A stretch of DNA of 64,000 nt, taken from the sequence record NC_019399.1; one strand, given 5' to 3'. Shown one piece after another: positions 10,448 through 20,698 of the stretch. The translations under genes were made by a program, and so were the position numbers. The stretch is from Escherichia phage vB_EcoM_ACG-C40. The first letter of the stretch is position 1; every line of letters starts with the position of its first letter. The notes below the pieces were generated by a model. It searched no databases, had not been told where the DNA came from, and worked only from the letters and a program-made list of their open reading frames with translations.

Positions 10448-11194
10448 TTATCCTCGGATAAGTTTAAAAATTGAACAATTTAGCGGGTATCCTCTTTTTA
10501 ATTTGAGTTTATCAATAAATGACAAGTTTTGAAACCGCTCTACACCTTGAATAATTTTATCACACATATCATATTGCATTTCTGCTTCTGACAACTTTTT
10601 CACAGTTTTCCAATCCGATCCTTTAAGAAGAACGTTCAATTTAACAACTTCAGCGCCTTCTGCTATACGAGAACCATCAATACGAGCTTTGAGTGCTACA
10701 ATCGTTAGCTTAACGTCAGAGGTTTGTTTTGATTTAGAAAGCCGAGAAATGTGTTCAATTCGGTTTTCGCGTTTTTTCTGTATAGCTTTAATTTGATTAT
10801 AAGTCTTTTTGATTTTAGCCCATTTCTTTTCATCTAAATTTAGTTTATGAACTTTTTTCGCAGATGAACGACCAATTCGCAAAGCAAATAAATCACGCTT
10901 TTCAATCAGCTCTTCTAAAGTATAATCAGAACGAAATGTATTGTACTTTTTCTTTACTGCAATAACATTCCCTTTAATGTATCCAACGTTATTATCAAAA
11001 CGTTCTAATGATAATTTCTCTCCTTCAATACGATTATCAAAAGGTTCTCCCGAGTAAGCACAAACTTTTTGTTCTAAAATATTCTTAATATAATTGAAGT
11101 CTAAGTTAAAATCTTTAGAACGTCTTTTTGCAGATGCCTGAGTATGCTCTAGACGACGTTTAATTTTACGAATTTGGTTATTAGACAGCTTCAT
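10448..11194 (-). CDS. srd: Srd-like protein (248 aa)
   Basis: Position between dda and modA/modB and size; identity by synteny only. Confidence 0.4.
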   Translation of the reverse strand: MKLSNNQIRKIKRRLEHTQASAKRRSKDFNLDFNYIKNILEQKVCAYSGEPFDNRIEGEKLSLERFDNNVGYIKGNVIAVKKKYNTFRSDYTLEELIEKRDLFALRIGRSSAKKVHKLNLDEKKWAKIKKTYNQIKAIQKKRENRIEHISRLSKSKQTSDVKLTIVALKARIDGSRIAEGAEVVKLNVLLKGSDWKTVKKLSEAEMQYDMCDKIIQGVERFQNLSFIDKLKLKRGYPLNCSIFKLIRG

Positions 11195-11230
11195 ATTTTT
11201 CTCACATCTTACGGACGGTTAACTACTTAT

Positions 11231-11260
11231 ACTATAACATTTTTACCTTAACTTGTAAAC
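11231..11260 (-). promoter_or_regulatory. T4-type early promoter upstream of srd-like gene
   Basis: GTTTAC, 18 bp, TATAGT. Confidence 0.55.
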
Positions 11261-11317
11261 AACTTTATGTAAAAATGCTTTAAAACTTTCATGGTATAAT
11301 GAATCTAAGTCCTTCCA

Positions 11318-11920
11318 TTATAGATTAAATCCTTCAAAATCAAGAGTATAGATAGTGTATGTTGAATACTTTTTGTACTCATATCTATCTGCAATTCTAA
11401 ATACACTTCCAGCTGGTATCATTACTTCTTGTTCATCTGAAACTAATTCCATATTACGATAACGATGGCTATCCGGAAACTTAAAGTTTGGATTGTATTC
11501 TTTACAACGTAGAGCTTTTATAGCATACTCCTGGAAATTGAATACCATAGGAGCTTTGAATTCAAAAATAACTTGTGTGTTATACTCTAAACCGGAAGCA
11601 AAATGTAGAGCTATATTTTTATCATATGAAGCTGATACGACTTTATCAAATGTAATAATATCAATTCCTTGATTTAATACTTGCTTAGTCTCAGCTGGAA
11701 CACCTCTCCAAAGAGGTTTATCGTTTGGTTCCAAACGAGATTTGATTATTTCATTTAACCAAGTATGGTCATCTGGTTTATTAGTAATACAATGAATTAA
11801 AAGTTCAATTTCAGATAAATTAAACCCTTCAGAAAGTAATTCTTCACGAATAGAAGCACGCACCGATGCATCCATTGATTTTATTTTAAAATCTTTTAGT
11901 TGCATTACTGAGTATTTCAT
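11318..11920 (-). CDS. modA: ADP-ribosyltransferase ModA-like (200 aa)
   Basis: R...S-x-S...E-x-E ART motif pattern; size matches T4 ModA. Confidence 0.65.
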   Translation of the reverse strand: MKYSVMQLKDFKIKSMDASVRASIREELLSEGFNLSEIELLIHCITNKPDDHTWLNEIIKSRLEPNDKPLWRGVPAETKQVLNQGIDIITFDKVVSASYDKNIALHFASGLEYNTQVIFEFKAPMVFNFQEYAIKALRCKEYNPNFKFPDSHRYRNMELVSDEQEVMIPAGSVFRIADRYEYKKYSTYTIYTLDFEGFNL

Positions 11921-12540
11921 TCAACTACCTCAATATCATAAACTTTAAATGTTCCAAATGAATCGTGTAATTTTTCTTTTGAAATAGAAGTTATTCTATA
12001 CTTTCCAATTGGAATCATCCATTCTTGTTCACGCACAATCATCATTAAGTTATCAGTACGCTCTGAATCTAGCCCATCAGTATCTTCATACGTGTACTTA
12101 AACTCAGTATTAGGAGAAGAAAGTATAATATCGCTGATATGGTCAGAATAATTAAAAGCTTTATCAGTTTTTAAGCGAAATATTATTTCAGTGAAATACT
12201 CAACATAAGAAAAACCACATGCTGTGTGCAAACTAGTAGTAAATGAATCTACCCTATTCGTTGAAAACACTTCTCCAACTTGTAAATCTTTAATGAGTTC
12301 TTTTGTCGATTTTGATATACCACGATATAACTGATAAGGTGATTTAGTTAAATGCTTTTTAACGATTTTATTCAACTGCCGATGAAGAGCTTCATTCTTT
12401 TTAGCTTCCATACATTGCCAAAGAATTGACTGCTCAAAGTCAGTAAATTTTTCACAGACTTTTTTATACATATCATATTGAAAATCAACGCTTTCAGCTT
12501 TTATAGATAACTGTTCAACATCTGCAAGATTAATAATCAT
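11917..12540 (-). CDS. modB: ADP-ribosyltransferase ModB-like (207 aa)
   Basis: Paralog of preceding ORF; size matches T4 ModB. Confidence 0.65.
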   Translation of the reverse strand: MIINLADVEQLSIKAESVDFQYDMYKKVCEKFTDFEQSILWQCMEAKKNEALHRQLNKIVKKHLTKSPYQLYRGISKSTKELIKDLQVGEVFSTNRVDSFTTSLHTACGFSYVEYFTEIIFRLKTDKAFNYSDHISDIILSSPNTEFKYTYEDTDGLDSERTDNLMMIVREQEWMIPIGKYRITSISKEKLHDSFGTFKVYDIEVVE

Positions 12541-12566
12541 GATAGCCTCCGTATACTTCAGAAGCT

Positions 12567-12596
12567 ATCATATCATCGTTAGAAAGGAAAGTAAAC
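12567..12596 (-). promoter_or_regulatory. T4-type early promoter
   Basis: GTTTAC, 18 bp, TATGAT. Confidence 0.55.
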
Positions 12597-12607
12597 AACT
12601 TTTTGAA

Positions 12608-12790
12608 TTATTTTGCCCAGGGAGCCCAAGGCGGAGGGTCAAGATGGTATGAAGCTAGTTCTTCTAGAAGAGCATCTGGGGCTTCAATTCCATAATTCTG
12701 TAATACTATACGGTACTCTTTCTTATAATCACTAGAATCATTCTGGTTATTCGTAGAATGATTATCTTCTAACATCTCAAATAAATCCAT
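12608..12790 (-). CDS. hypothetical protein (60 aa)
   Basis: ATG start; early promoter upstream. Confidence 0.45.
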   Translation of the reverse strand: MDLFEMLEDNHSTNNQNDSSDYKKEYRIVLQNYGIEAPDALLEELASYHLDPPPWAPWAK

Positions 12791-12798
12791 ATTAATTC

Positions 12799-13269
12799 CT
12801 AGCGATAAAAACCAAATTGACGATTAGCTTCAATAATCTTTCTTTCTTCTTCGGACATTCTCCAACGTAGTCCAACATCAAAATGAGCCCAGACCATCTT
12901 AACAAATGCATTTATATCTTTAATATCTTCAATAATGAATGTTTTACTTTTAGAAGGTTGACTCACTAATTTAACTTTATCATCTTCAAACAGGTCAAAA
13001 AGACCATATTCATGAGCTCTTTTATAGCCTTTAATAGTTAAAGCTTCAGAAGAAGAAAACGGTGAATCTGTATTCTGCAAAATATCTTCAGTATGCTTTA
13101 TAATTAGAATAACATTTTCTGGATATTTTCTTTCTTTTATATCTTTAATTAAAAAATCCGGATTTTCTGCTAAAGGAATAATTAATGAGCATTTTTTACC
13201 AAGAGTATTTACTGATTTACCTTCTTTAGACATGAATTCTACTGAATAATGTTTTGCTACTTCAATCAT
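12799..13269 (-). CDS. hypothetical protein (156 aa)
   Basis: ATG start. Confidence 0.5.
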   Translation of the reverse strand: MIEVAKHYSVEFMSKEGKSVNTLGKKCSLIIPLAENPDFLIKDIKERKYPENVILIIKHTEDILQNTDSPFSSSEALTIKGYKRAHEYGLFDLFEDDKVKLVSQPSKSKTFIIEDIKDINAFVKMVWAHFDVGLRWRMSEEERKIIEANRQFGFYR

Positions 13270-13426
13270 GTGATTTCCTTTTGCCTACTAATGGACCATC
13301 GGGAATTTTGTTTTCCTGGATATATTTCTCATTTTCTTCCATCATTTTACTGCCAATTTTAAGAAGCAAATCCAGTGCTTCATTTGCTTTTGCTTTAGCC
13401 TCTTCTAACGTTATATCTTTGTTCAT
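13262..13426 (-). CDS. small protein (54 aa), not in the ORF track
   Basis: ATG 13426 overlaps upstream TGA (ATGA); [25 protein letters not shown]...; fills a 150-nt gap. Confidence 0.5.
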   Translation of the reverse strand: MNKDITLEEAKAKANEALDLLLKIGSKMMEENEKYIQENKIPDGPLVGKRKSHD

Positions 13427-13626
13427 GATTTATCACCATAGATGTCTCTCATCAATTTAAGCGCTGAGCGTTCTAATTTCTTTTCTTTCTCAGCACTAAT
13501 CATTGATTTCATCCATTCTTCCGATTCGTTCTGCATTTCTTTATTTGCTTGTTCAACCCAACCATCATCAATATACATCGAATTTGGTCTATTGAACCAT
13601 TCAAGCATCTTCTTCAGAGCTTTCAT
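13423..13626 (-). CDS. hypothetical protein (67 aa)
   Basis: ATG start. Confidence 0.5.
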   Translation of the reverse strand: MKALKKMLEWFNRPNSMYIDDGWVEQANKEMQNESEEWMKSMISAEKEKKLERSALKLMRDIYGDKS

Positions 13627-14086
13627 TTGTTTTACCTAAAACAACAGTAGGAGCATCATCAAATTCATGAATTTTGAGCAAATTTGGATGTAAACTATTC
13701 CATACAGAAGAAATAAAGTATGATAAAGCATCTTCACTCGCAATTATAAATTTATTTCCTTTATCTATTTTCCAACTATATACTGAATCGTACGAATAAA
13801 AAGATAAAGGTTTATCATTATATTGTTCTGCGCTAACATTAATGTATTCTGATTTAGTAAATGCTTCAATTGCTCTAAACGGAATATTTGGTACAGTTTC
13901 AATAATACCAATCTTTTTAAGTTTTATTTCAGCATCTTCTGGAACTGGCATTGAAACGAAATTTTCTACGAGATACATTGGGTCACAATAACCCTTATCA
14001 ATCATTACTGCTACAGTAATTGGAACATCTTTAGCAAATGACAAACTATTACTGCTAATATACATTTCAAACAAAATCGCTTCCAT
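13601..14086 (-). CDS. hypothetical protein (161 aa)
   Basis: Track start 14098 is TTG; ATG 14086 follows GAGGAAA. Confidence 0.5.
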   Translation of the reverse strand: MEAILFEMYISSNSLSFAKDVPITVAVMIDKGYCDPMYLVENFVSMPVPEDAEIKLKKIGIIETVPNIPFRAIEAFTKSEYINVSAEQYNDKPLSFYSYDSVYSWKIDKGNKFIIASEDALSYFISSVWNSLHPNLLKIHEFDDAPTVVLGKTNESSEEDA

Positions 14087-14094
14087 AATTTTCC

Positions 14095-14433
14095 TCAATC
14101 ACAAGATGTAGATGAACAACTAGAATCACAAGAACTTCCACATGAATCGCCCGTCCACACATGAACAGGAACATTAGTATCATATGAATCAGAACTAGAC
14201 TGTGTATTCTGCGTATTAGATGATGTAGGTGTTGACCAACGCCAAGGATTTTTATAATATTCCTGGGCTTCTTCATAAGTCATAGTAACTGCTTCTACTG
14301 TTCCATCTCCCATATAAACATATTCAACTACAGTTAAAGGAAGGTAGTCATTTGAAATAGGAACTACACCTTCTCCGGGAGTTGTAGAGAAAAAATCCGT
14401 AAAGAAACTTTTAAACCAATTAAAGATAAACAT
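14095..14433 (-). CDS. hypothetical protein with Cys/Ser-rich C-terminal tail
   Basis: C-terminus [18 protein letters not shown]. Confidence 0.5.
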   Translation of the reverse strand: MFIFNWFKSFFTDFFSTTPGEGVVPISNDYLPLTVVEYVYMGDGTVEAVTMTYEEAQEYYKNPWRWSTPTSSNTQNTQSSSDSYDTNVPVHVWTGDSCGSSCDSSCSSTSCD

Positions 14434-14639
14434 TACAAAAAGCCTCTTTTGAATTCGACTTGCTTCTCGCCATAATCATATCGAATCTCTGCATTAAATT
14501 CGACAGAACCATCTGCGTACATCATAAATGAATGCACAACAACTTCTGTGGACCATGGCTGCAGTTCATATTTCTTCATTACATGCCGTGAAATGATAAT
14601 ATCTAAATCTTCATTTGGTTTAATCCAACGATTTAACAT
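14433..14639 (-). CDS. hypothetical protein (68 aa)
   Basis: ATG start; early promoter upstream. Confidence 0.5.
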   Translation of the reverse strand: MLNRWIKPNEDLDIIISRHVMKKYELQPWSTEVVVHSFMMYADGSVEFNAEIRYDYGEKQVEFKRGFL

Positions 14640-14665
14640 AGTGCTCTCCTCTATAAGATAATTCT

Positions 14666-14695
14666 ATTATACCATACTCATTTTGGAAAGTAAAC
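14666..14695 (-). promoter_or_regulatory. T4-type early promoter
   Basis: GTTTAC, 18 bp, TATAAT. Confidence 0.65.
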
Positions 14696-14710
14696 CGGTA
14701 AAATGAAAAA

Positions 14711-14730
14711 AGGACTCCCTAGGGAGTCCT
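14711..14730 (-). terminator. intrinsic terminator downstream of soc
   Basis: Perfect palindrome AGGACTCCCTAGGGAGTCCT, then UUUUUUCAUUU. Confidence 0.65.
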
Positions 14731-14737
14731 TGAATTA

Positions 14738-14974
14738 TTAACCACCTATTTTTGTAGGTGTAAACATTGCAGCATTCTTAGTTTTCCAAGTTGCTGCATC
14801 GGAAACTACATCAGAATAAGCTGCTTTTTCTGACGGAAAGATTTGATAATGAGAATCTGCAATACGGTGTTCATTTGAATATACATCAAATGCTACAGAA
14901 ACTTCCATACCTTTAACTTCTTTGCCTTCACCTGCTGGATGAGTAAAGGTCTTGATGTTAACGAAACCACCCAT
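14738..14974 (-). CDS. soc: small outer capsid protein Soc (78 aa)
   Basis: Motifs VNIKTF and YQIFPSEKAAYS match Soc as recalled; own late promoter, AAGGAG and terminator. Confidence 0.8.
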   Translation of the reverse strand: MGGFVNIKTFTHPAGEGKEVKGMEVSVAFDVYSNEHRIADSHYQIFPSEKAAYSDVVSDAATWKTKNAAMFTPTKIGG

Positions 14975-15005
14975 AATAAACTCCTTTATTGTTTAATTAC
15001 AATTG

Positions 15006-15013
15006 TATTTATA
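15006..15013 (-). promoter_or_regulatory. late promoter of soc
   Basis: Exact TATAAATA about 30 nt upstream of soc ATG. Confidence 0.7.
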
Positions 15014-15845
15014 AACCATTTTCAAACCTCTTTATCATATTTATATAGTTTTCATCGGGATAACCTAGACTAACTGCTAACTTTCTAAAATTGACATATT
15101 TAGGTTTGTTGTTATTAATCCATAATTCTCTAAGCTCTTTTTCATAATTCCATTTAAGTTGATTTCTGCGTGCAGTTTTGCTTAAAGTTTTTCCTTTAGC
15201 TTTTAAAGCCTTTTCGGATGACTGTTTTAATTTTTGAATATTTAAAACTTCTTCTATAGATAAATTATTTTCCTTTGAATACCTTATGCAAAAATCTTTT
15301 ACTACGGCTATTAGGCAATTTTTGTGAGTACCTAAAATTTCTGGATTATTTTCTTCAACTAAAATTCCCCAATATCTTCGGTAGCGAGGCATATCCCTTG
15401 AAATCCAGTCATTATACCAAAAATCAAAGTTGGAATACATGAAAGATTTTCTTTTGCGAAGAGTATCTTGGTTTATCCATTGCTCACGTTTATCAGCCCA
15501 TAACTTAATAGTAAAGTCTTTCTCTAAGTCAGAAAGCTTCTTAAATTGCAAGCTATTTACTGAGGTCATTCTCTGGAATGCATTCAGCAATCCAAATCTT
15601 CCAGTTGAACATAAGAGATAGTGAACATATATGTGTTGATATATTGGGAGATATACTCTATTCCAAGGATATATTTTAAAATCACTATACTCAGGAAATG
15701 CGCATTTAGGAAGTATATGATGGGCTTCTGTTTTAGATTTAATGTGAGTGTTTAACTTATACTTATCTATAATTTTTAAGTACTCATCTAAAAGTTCCCG
15801 CAATGGGAACTTTTCTTTAAGAGCAGATTTGAAATTAATATCCAT
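15009..15845 (-). CDS. HNH-type homing endonuclease-like protein
   Basis: EAHHILPK motif; very AT-rich; between soc and gene 56; ATG 15845 (track start 15860 is TTG). Confidence 0.5.
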   Translation of the reverse strand: MDINFKSALKEKFPLRELLDEYLKIIDKYKLNTHIKSKTEAHHILPKCAFPEYSDFKIYPWNRVYLPIYQHIYVHYLLCSTGRFGLLNAFQRMTSVNSLQFKKLSDLEKDFTIKLWADKREQWINQDTLRKRKSFMYSNFDFWYNDWISRDMPRYRRYWGILVEENNPEILGTHKNCLIAVVKDFCIRYSKENNLSIEEVLNIQKLKQSSEKALKAKGKTLSKTARRNQLKWNYEKELRELWINNNKPKYVNFRKLAVSLGYPDENYINMIKRFENGL

Positions 15846-16353
15846 TATCTTGACGTTCAAAATTATGTTTGTTCTTCAGATAATAAAGTTTAAAGATTTC
15901 TTCAGCTGTAAGACCAAGACCCTGGAACATATTCAGAACGAAATGAAGAATATCAATCATTTCAAATTTAATTTCTAACTGGTCTTGCGGAGACAAATCA
16001 GTAATCAGAGTTTCACGTCGTTCACCATGTTGAGCTTTCCAAGGCTTCCATACAGCAGATGCATCTTTTTCACCATTGCTCATACCACCAAGAGAAGTCA
16101 GAAGTTCGCGGAATTCATCATCAATATAATCTTTCTGATTACGCAGCCAATCAACAACTTCACCTGCAGTAGCCAAATCATCAGGATGACGGTTATATTC
16201 AGGTTTATCTTTAGCTAAACGAATCTGCAGAGATTTCTGCATGTCAAGCATTACCTGCAGCGGGTCTTTTTCATCACCGAGAATATCCCAATATTCATTT
16301 TGAGCTTTATCAGCGCCTTCGATCAGTTGACTACATTCGTTAAAGTAAGCCAT
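15835..16353 (-). CDS. 56: dCTP pyrophosphatase gp56 (172 aa)
   Basis: N-terminus MAYFNECSQLIEG as in T4 gp56; ATG 16353 after AAGGA; track start 16368 is TTG. Confidence 0.85.
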   Translation of the reverse strand: MAYFNECSQLIEGADKAQNEYWDILGDEKDPLQVMLDMQKSLQIRLAKDKPEYNRHPDDLATAGEVVDWLRNQKDYIDDEFRELLTSLGGMSNGEKDASAVWKPWKAQHGERRETLITDLSPQDQLEIKFEMIDILHFVLNMFQGLGLTAEEIFKLYYLKNKHNFERQDNGY

Positions 16354-16387
16354 TATTTTTCCTTTCAATTCATTAATAAGTTAAATA

Positions 16388-16413
16388 ATTATATCATTTG
16401 AGTATGTAAGCAA
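16388..16413 (-). promoter_or_regulatory. possible middle promoter upstream of gene 56
   Basis: TTGCTTAC box (5/7), 13-bp spacer, TATAAT. Confidence 0.3.
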
Positions 16414-17753
<1,340 letters not shown>

Positions 17754-17778
17754 TATATCATCCTCAGCAATTTATTTT

Positions 17779-17808
17779 ATAATACCATAACAAGCTGAGA
17801 AAGTAAAC
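17779..17808 (-). promoter_or_regulatory. T4-type early promoter
   Basis: GTTTAC, 18 bp, TGGTATTAT. Confidence 0.6.
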
Positions 17809-17852
17809 AAATTTATGAAATTTGTGATAAATATTAATTTAAAGGAGGACAT

Positions 17853-18053
17853 ATGGCACAAAAATTAATGGCACTTGTTAATGCCATCAAAGGTAATAAA
17901 AAGCGTATAGCTTTTACTATTTCTGCTATGGTAGGAATTTTACTCTGGAACTTTATTTTATCACCAATTGCAATTGCGCATGGTGTTAATATTCCAGTAG
18001 TTACTCTTGATACATTCGTAGATCTAGCATTTGCTTTAGTTGGGTTAATTTAA
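17853..18053 (+). CDS. small two-helix membrane protein (66 aa), plus strand
   Basis: AAGGAGG 5 nt before ATG; two hydrophobic segments; stop overlaps primase stop in TTAA. Confidence 0.5.
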   Translation: MAQKLMALVNAIKGNKKRIAFTISAMVGILLWNFILSPIAIAHGVNIPVVTLDTFVDLAFALVGLI

Positions 18054-19078
18054 ATCTTGGCATATTTAGATAACCGCATTTTAGCCATTAACCCCTGGGC
18101 AATATTATTTTTCATATATTCCATAATTTGTTCAGGGGTTGCACCTTCCTTTCTAATCATATCATTAACATCTTTTGATTTCCAGGGAGATTTATCCCAA
18201 AACATAACCCTTTCTCCTGCATCAACTAATTTAGTCATTCGCTTGATAGTGTCAGGGTGACGAGGTTCATTATCTAAAACCCACACTCGTCTATCTTTAA
18301 ATGGAACAACTTCTAGGTCTAATTGACCACCCGTAATAGCTATACCATTTTCAATAAAAAGTGAATCTATAGGTCCTTCTAGAACATATACATCACCATC
18401 TTTAACTCGTTCGACTCCATATATTTTTGTTGCCTCAGGATAAGCTTTGATGGTGATATATTTTTGAGGAGCATCTTTCTTTAATGCACGTCCTTGAAAA
18501 GACTCAGCTTTTCCGTTAGCATTATAAATTGGAATAACAAGACGAGGCTCAGGTGTTTCCTTTTTATATGTTCCTGGAGCTATACTATTAACTAATTTAG
18601 GCCATTCGGTTGTAAACCAAAGATATTTCCATTTATCCTTTGGAATACAACGAGCTTTTACATATTTTATAATTGGATGGTCTTCCGCCAGTTTATCTAA
18701 TCTAACACATGACGGAAGAGATTTAATTATTTTCTTCTCAGGATGTTTAGGAAGTTCTTTAGGTTTTTCTACTGGACGACTTTTACCTTTTTCTTTTCTT
18801 ATTTCAAAGATATACTCACGATATAAATCAGGTTCAAACTCCTTTAAATATATTCCGATTGGTGCATGATAGTTACAGTTATAACAATGAATATTTCCTT
18901 CATTATTATCGCCATAATACCATCCACGGGCTTTATTTTGATCGGTTTTTGAATCTCCACAAACGGGACATCTAAACCGTAATTTAAAAGTTGAACTATT
19001 ATTTACTTGTGTGAATTTAGGTAAATGAGCTAATGCACGATATGCAAACTCATTATCAATCCAAGCTATTGATGACAT
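18050..19078 (-). CDS. 61: DNA primase gp61 (342 aa)
   Basis: Zinc ribbon CPVCGDS...CYNC and length match T4 gp61. Confidence 0.9.
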   Translation of the reverse strand: MSSIAWIDNEFAYRALAHLPKFTQVNNSSTFKLRFRCPVCGDSKTDQNKARGWYYGDNNEGNIHCYNCNYHAPIGIYLKEFEPDLYREYIFEIRKEKGKSRPVEKPKELPKHPEKKIIKSLPSCVRLDKLAEDHPIIKYVKARCIPKDKWKYLWFTTEWPKLVNSIAPGTYKKETPEPRLVIPIYNANGKAESFQGRALKKDAPQKYITIKAYPEATKIYGVERVKDGDVYVLEGPIDSLFIENGIAITGGQLDLEVVPFKDRRVWVLDNEPRHPDTIKRMTKLVDAGERVMFWDKSPWKSKDVNDMIRKEGATPEQIMEYMKNNIAQGLMAKMRLSKYAKI

Positions 19079-19081
19079 TCT

Positions 19082-19246
19082 TTACTCTTCTTTTTCTTTA
19101 GATTCCTCTTTTTTCTTTTTAGGAATCTGTTCAGGACCTTTATTTACTACAGCACCTGATGTTGTTCCAGTAGAGATATTTTCAGGATTACCACCTGAAT
19201 CTCCAGCAACCATATCTTCTTTAATAAATTCTTTATATGTTTTCAT
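19082..19246 (-). CDS. small protein (54 aa) with capsid-targeting-like N-terminus, not in the ORF track
   Basis: MKTYKEFIKED...; GAGGT 5 nt upstream; fills the gap between 61 and next gene. Confidence 0.5.
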   Translation of the reverse strand: MKTYKEFIKEDMVAGDSGGNPENISTGTTSGAVVNKGPEQIPKKKKEESKEKEE

Positions 19247-19247
19247 A

Positions 19248-19874
19248 TTAACCTCTATTCATAAAAGCATTAAAAATTTGGTCATCAATAGAAACATCTA
19301 CTTTAGACTGTTTTTCTGATGGTAATTCATATCCACATATTACAATTTTGTGATCAATATCAAAATACACAGAAGCAATATGATTAATGATGTTTTCAGT
19401 AAAGTCTAAATCAACATCAATATCTTTTTGACCAAAGCCCAAAGGATAAATAATGCGAGTAATTCGATTATCTTTAACAAAGATTCCACCGACATACTCT
19501 GTACTGCGTTTAAAGTCTACACGCCGACGAAATGAAAAATATTCAGGCTCTTTATGAGCTCGGCTCATAGGGCACAACGAATAACTAGAATAAGAGATGT
19601 CAAATCCTACGCCTTCAATATGAGCCAAAGTATCATGATTAAACCAATTATAATCGTACGCCAAATCCATTAGATTATAATATGTGAAAGGCACCGGATT
19701 AACATCATTGGTCACAAGCATATAATTAGCAACTGCTATAATTTCATTATTTTTAACGAATACAAACCGTGATTGATGCGAATGGCCTGGACCTGCGTTT
19801 TCACGATTAATGATATAACACTGGGCACCTTTATATTTGTACGTGTCTTTACACTTGTGCATTTGATAGAGCAT
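19248..19874 (-). CDS. hypothetical protein (61.2 position, 208 aa)
   Basis: ATG start. Confidence 0.5.
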   Translation of the reverse strand: MLYQMHKCKDTYKYKGAQCYIINRENAGPGHSHQSRFVFVKNNEIIAVANYMLVTNDVNPVPFTYYNLMDLAYDYNWFNHDTLAHIEGVGFDISYSSYSLCPMSRAHKEPEYFSFRRRVDFKRSTEYVGGIFVKDNRITRIIYPLGFGQKDIDVDLDFTENIINHIASVYFDIDHKIVICGYELPSEKQSKVDVSIDDQIFNAFMNRG

Positions 19875-20167
19875 TATTCACCTACCACTTCAGCGATGAT
19901 ATTTTTATTATTAAAGTTTTTATCGCAATACAGAACATAATTATACTGCATTACACCACCAGATTTAAGTTGTTTTTGCACTTCAGCTTTCATTTCAGGA
20001 CGATCACGCTCAACGATATTCATAATATCCGCTTCAATTTGAATTTCAACTTCAGTCTGATCTGCAGTCATAGACCATTCGCACAAATCTTTGTCATAAC
20101 CCGCCATAGCAGGCTGAGCAGCGCAAGAAGATAAAGCAAAAATTGTAGCAAAGATAAATTTTTTCAT
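19874..20167 (-). CDS. sp: Spackle periplasmic protein (97 aa)
   Basis: Signal peptide MKKFIFATIFALSSCAAQPAMA; length and position match T4 Sp. Confidence 0.7.
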   Translation of the reverse strand: MKKFIFATIFALSSCAAQPAMAGYDKDLCEWSMTADQTEVEIQIEADIMNIVERDRPEMKAEVQKQLKSGGVMQYNYVLYCDKNFNNKNIIAEVVGE

Positions 20168-20195
20168 GATAATCTCCTCAGTAGTTTATGTTTAT

Positions 20196-20225
20196 ATAGT
20201 ATCTCAATTTCCAATAAAAGTAAAC
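20196..20225 (-). promoter_or_regulatory. T4-type early promoter upstream of sp
   Basis: GTTTAC, 18 bp, TACTAT. Confidence 0.55.
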
Positions 20226-20227
20226 AG

Positions 20228-20485
20228 TTATTTTAAAACTTCTGCATAATCACATGTTACAAACTGTTTCTCTAACTTGGCGATTTTACGAAAGTATCTT
20301 TTGCATTGACGAATCTGTCGCTTTGTAGGGCGCACAGCAAACTTAATAAATTCCACTCGACCAAATGGAGGGCTTTCTTCTGCCGGAATATCTAATACTA
20401 ATTCCCACGTATCTGCAATAAGTGCTTTGAATTGAGTATTTTTCCTGACATTATACGGAGTAGGTTTAAATAAAACGATATGCAT
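20228..20485 (-). CDS. hypothetical protein (61.4 position, 85 aa)
   Basis: Track start 20527 is TTG; ATG 20485 after GAGGA, 1 nt past dmd stop. Confidence 0.45.
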   Translation of the reverse strand: MHIVLFKPTPYNVRKNTQFKALIADTWELVLDIPAEESPPFGRVEFIKFAVRPTKRQIRQCKRYFRKIAKLEKQFVTCDYAEVLK

Positions 20486-20486
20486 A

Positions 20487-20669
20487 TTATCCTCGGCAAT
20501 CCACTTCACATACCTTCTTGTCATCAATGAAAGCTTTAACTAGTGCTTTATTAACTTCAGCATATTGAGTAGTAGCCCATTGAACGTCATCTTTCATCAT
20601 TGTGATCTCTTTAGTAAACATGCTTTCATTCTTAAACCACCCCATAAAAACTACCTTTACCAATTCCAT
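20487..20669 (-). CDS. dmd: Dmd-like antitoxin (60 aa)
   Basis: Size and position next to gene 41; sequence recalled as Dmd-like. Confidence 0.55.
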   Translation of the reverse strand: MELVKVVFMGWFKNESMFTKEITMMKDDVQWATTQYAEVNKALVKAFIDDKKVCEVDCRG

Positions 20670-20698
20670 AACAATCTCCTCATTTAACCAACAAGACT

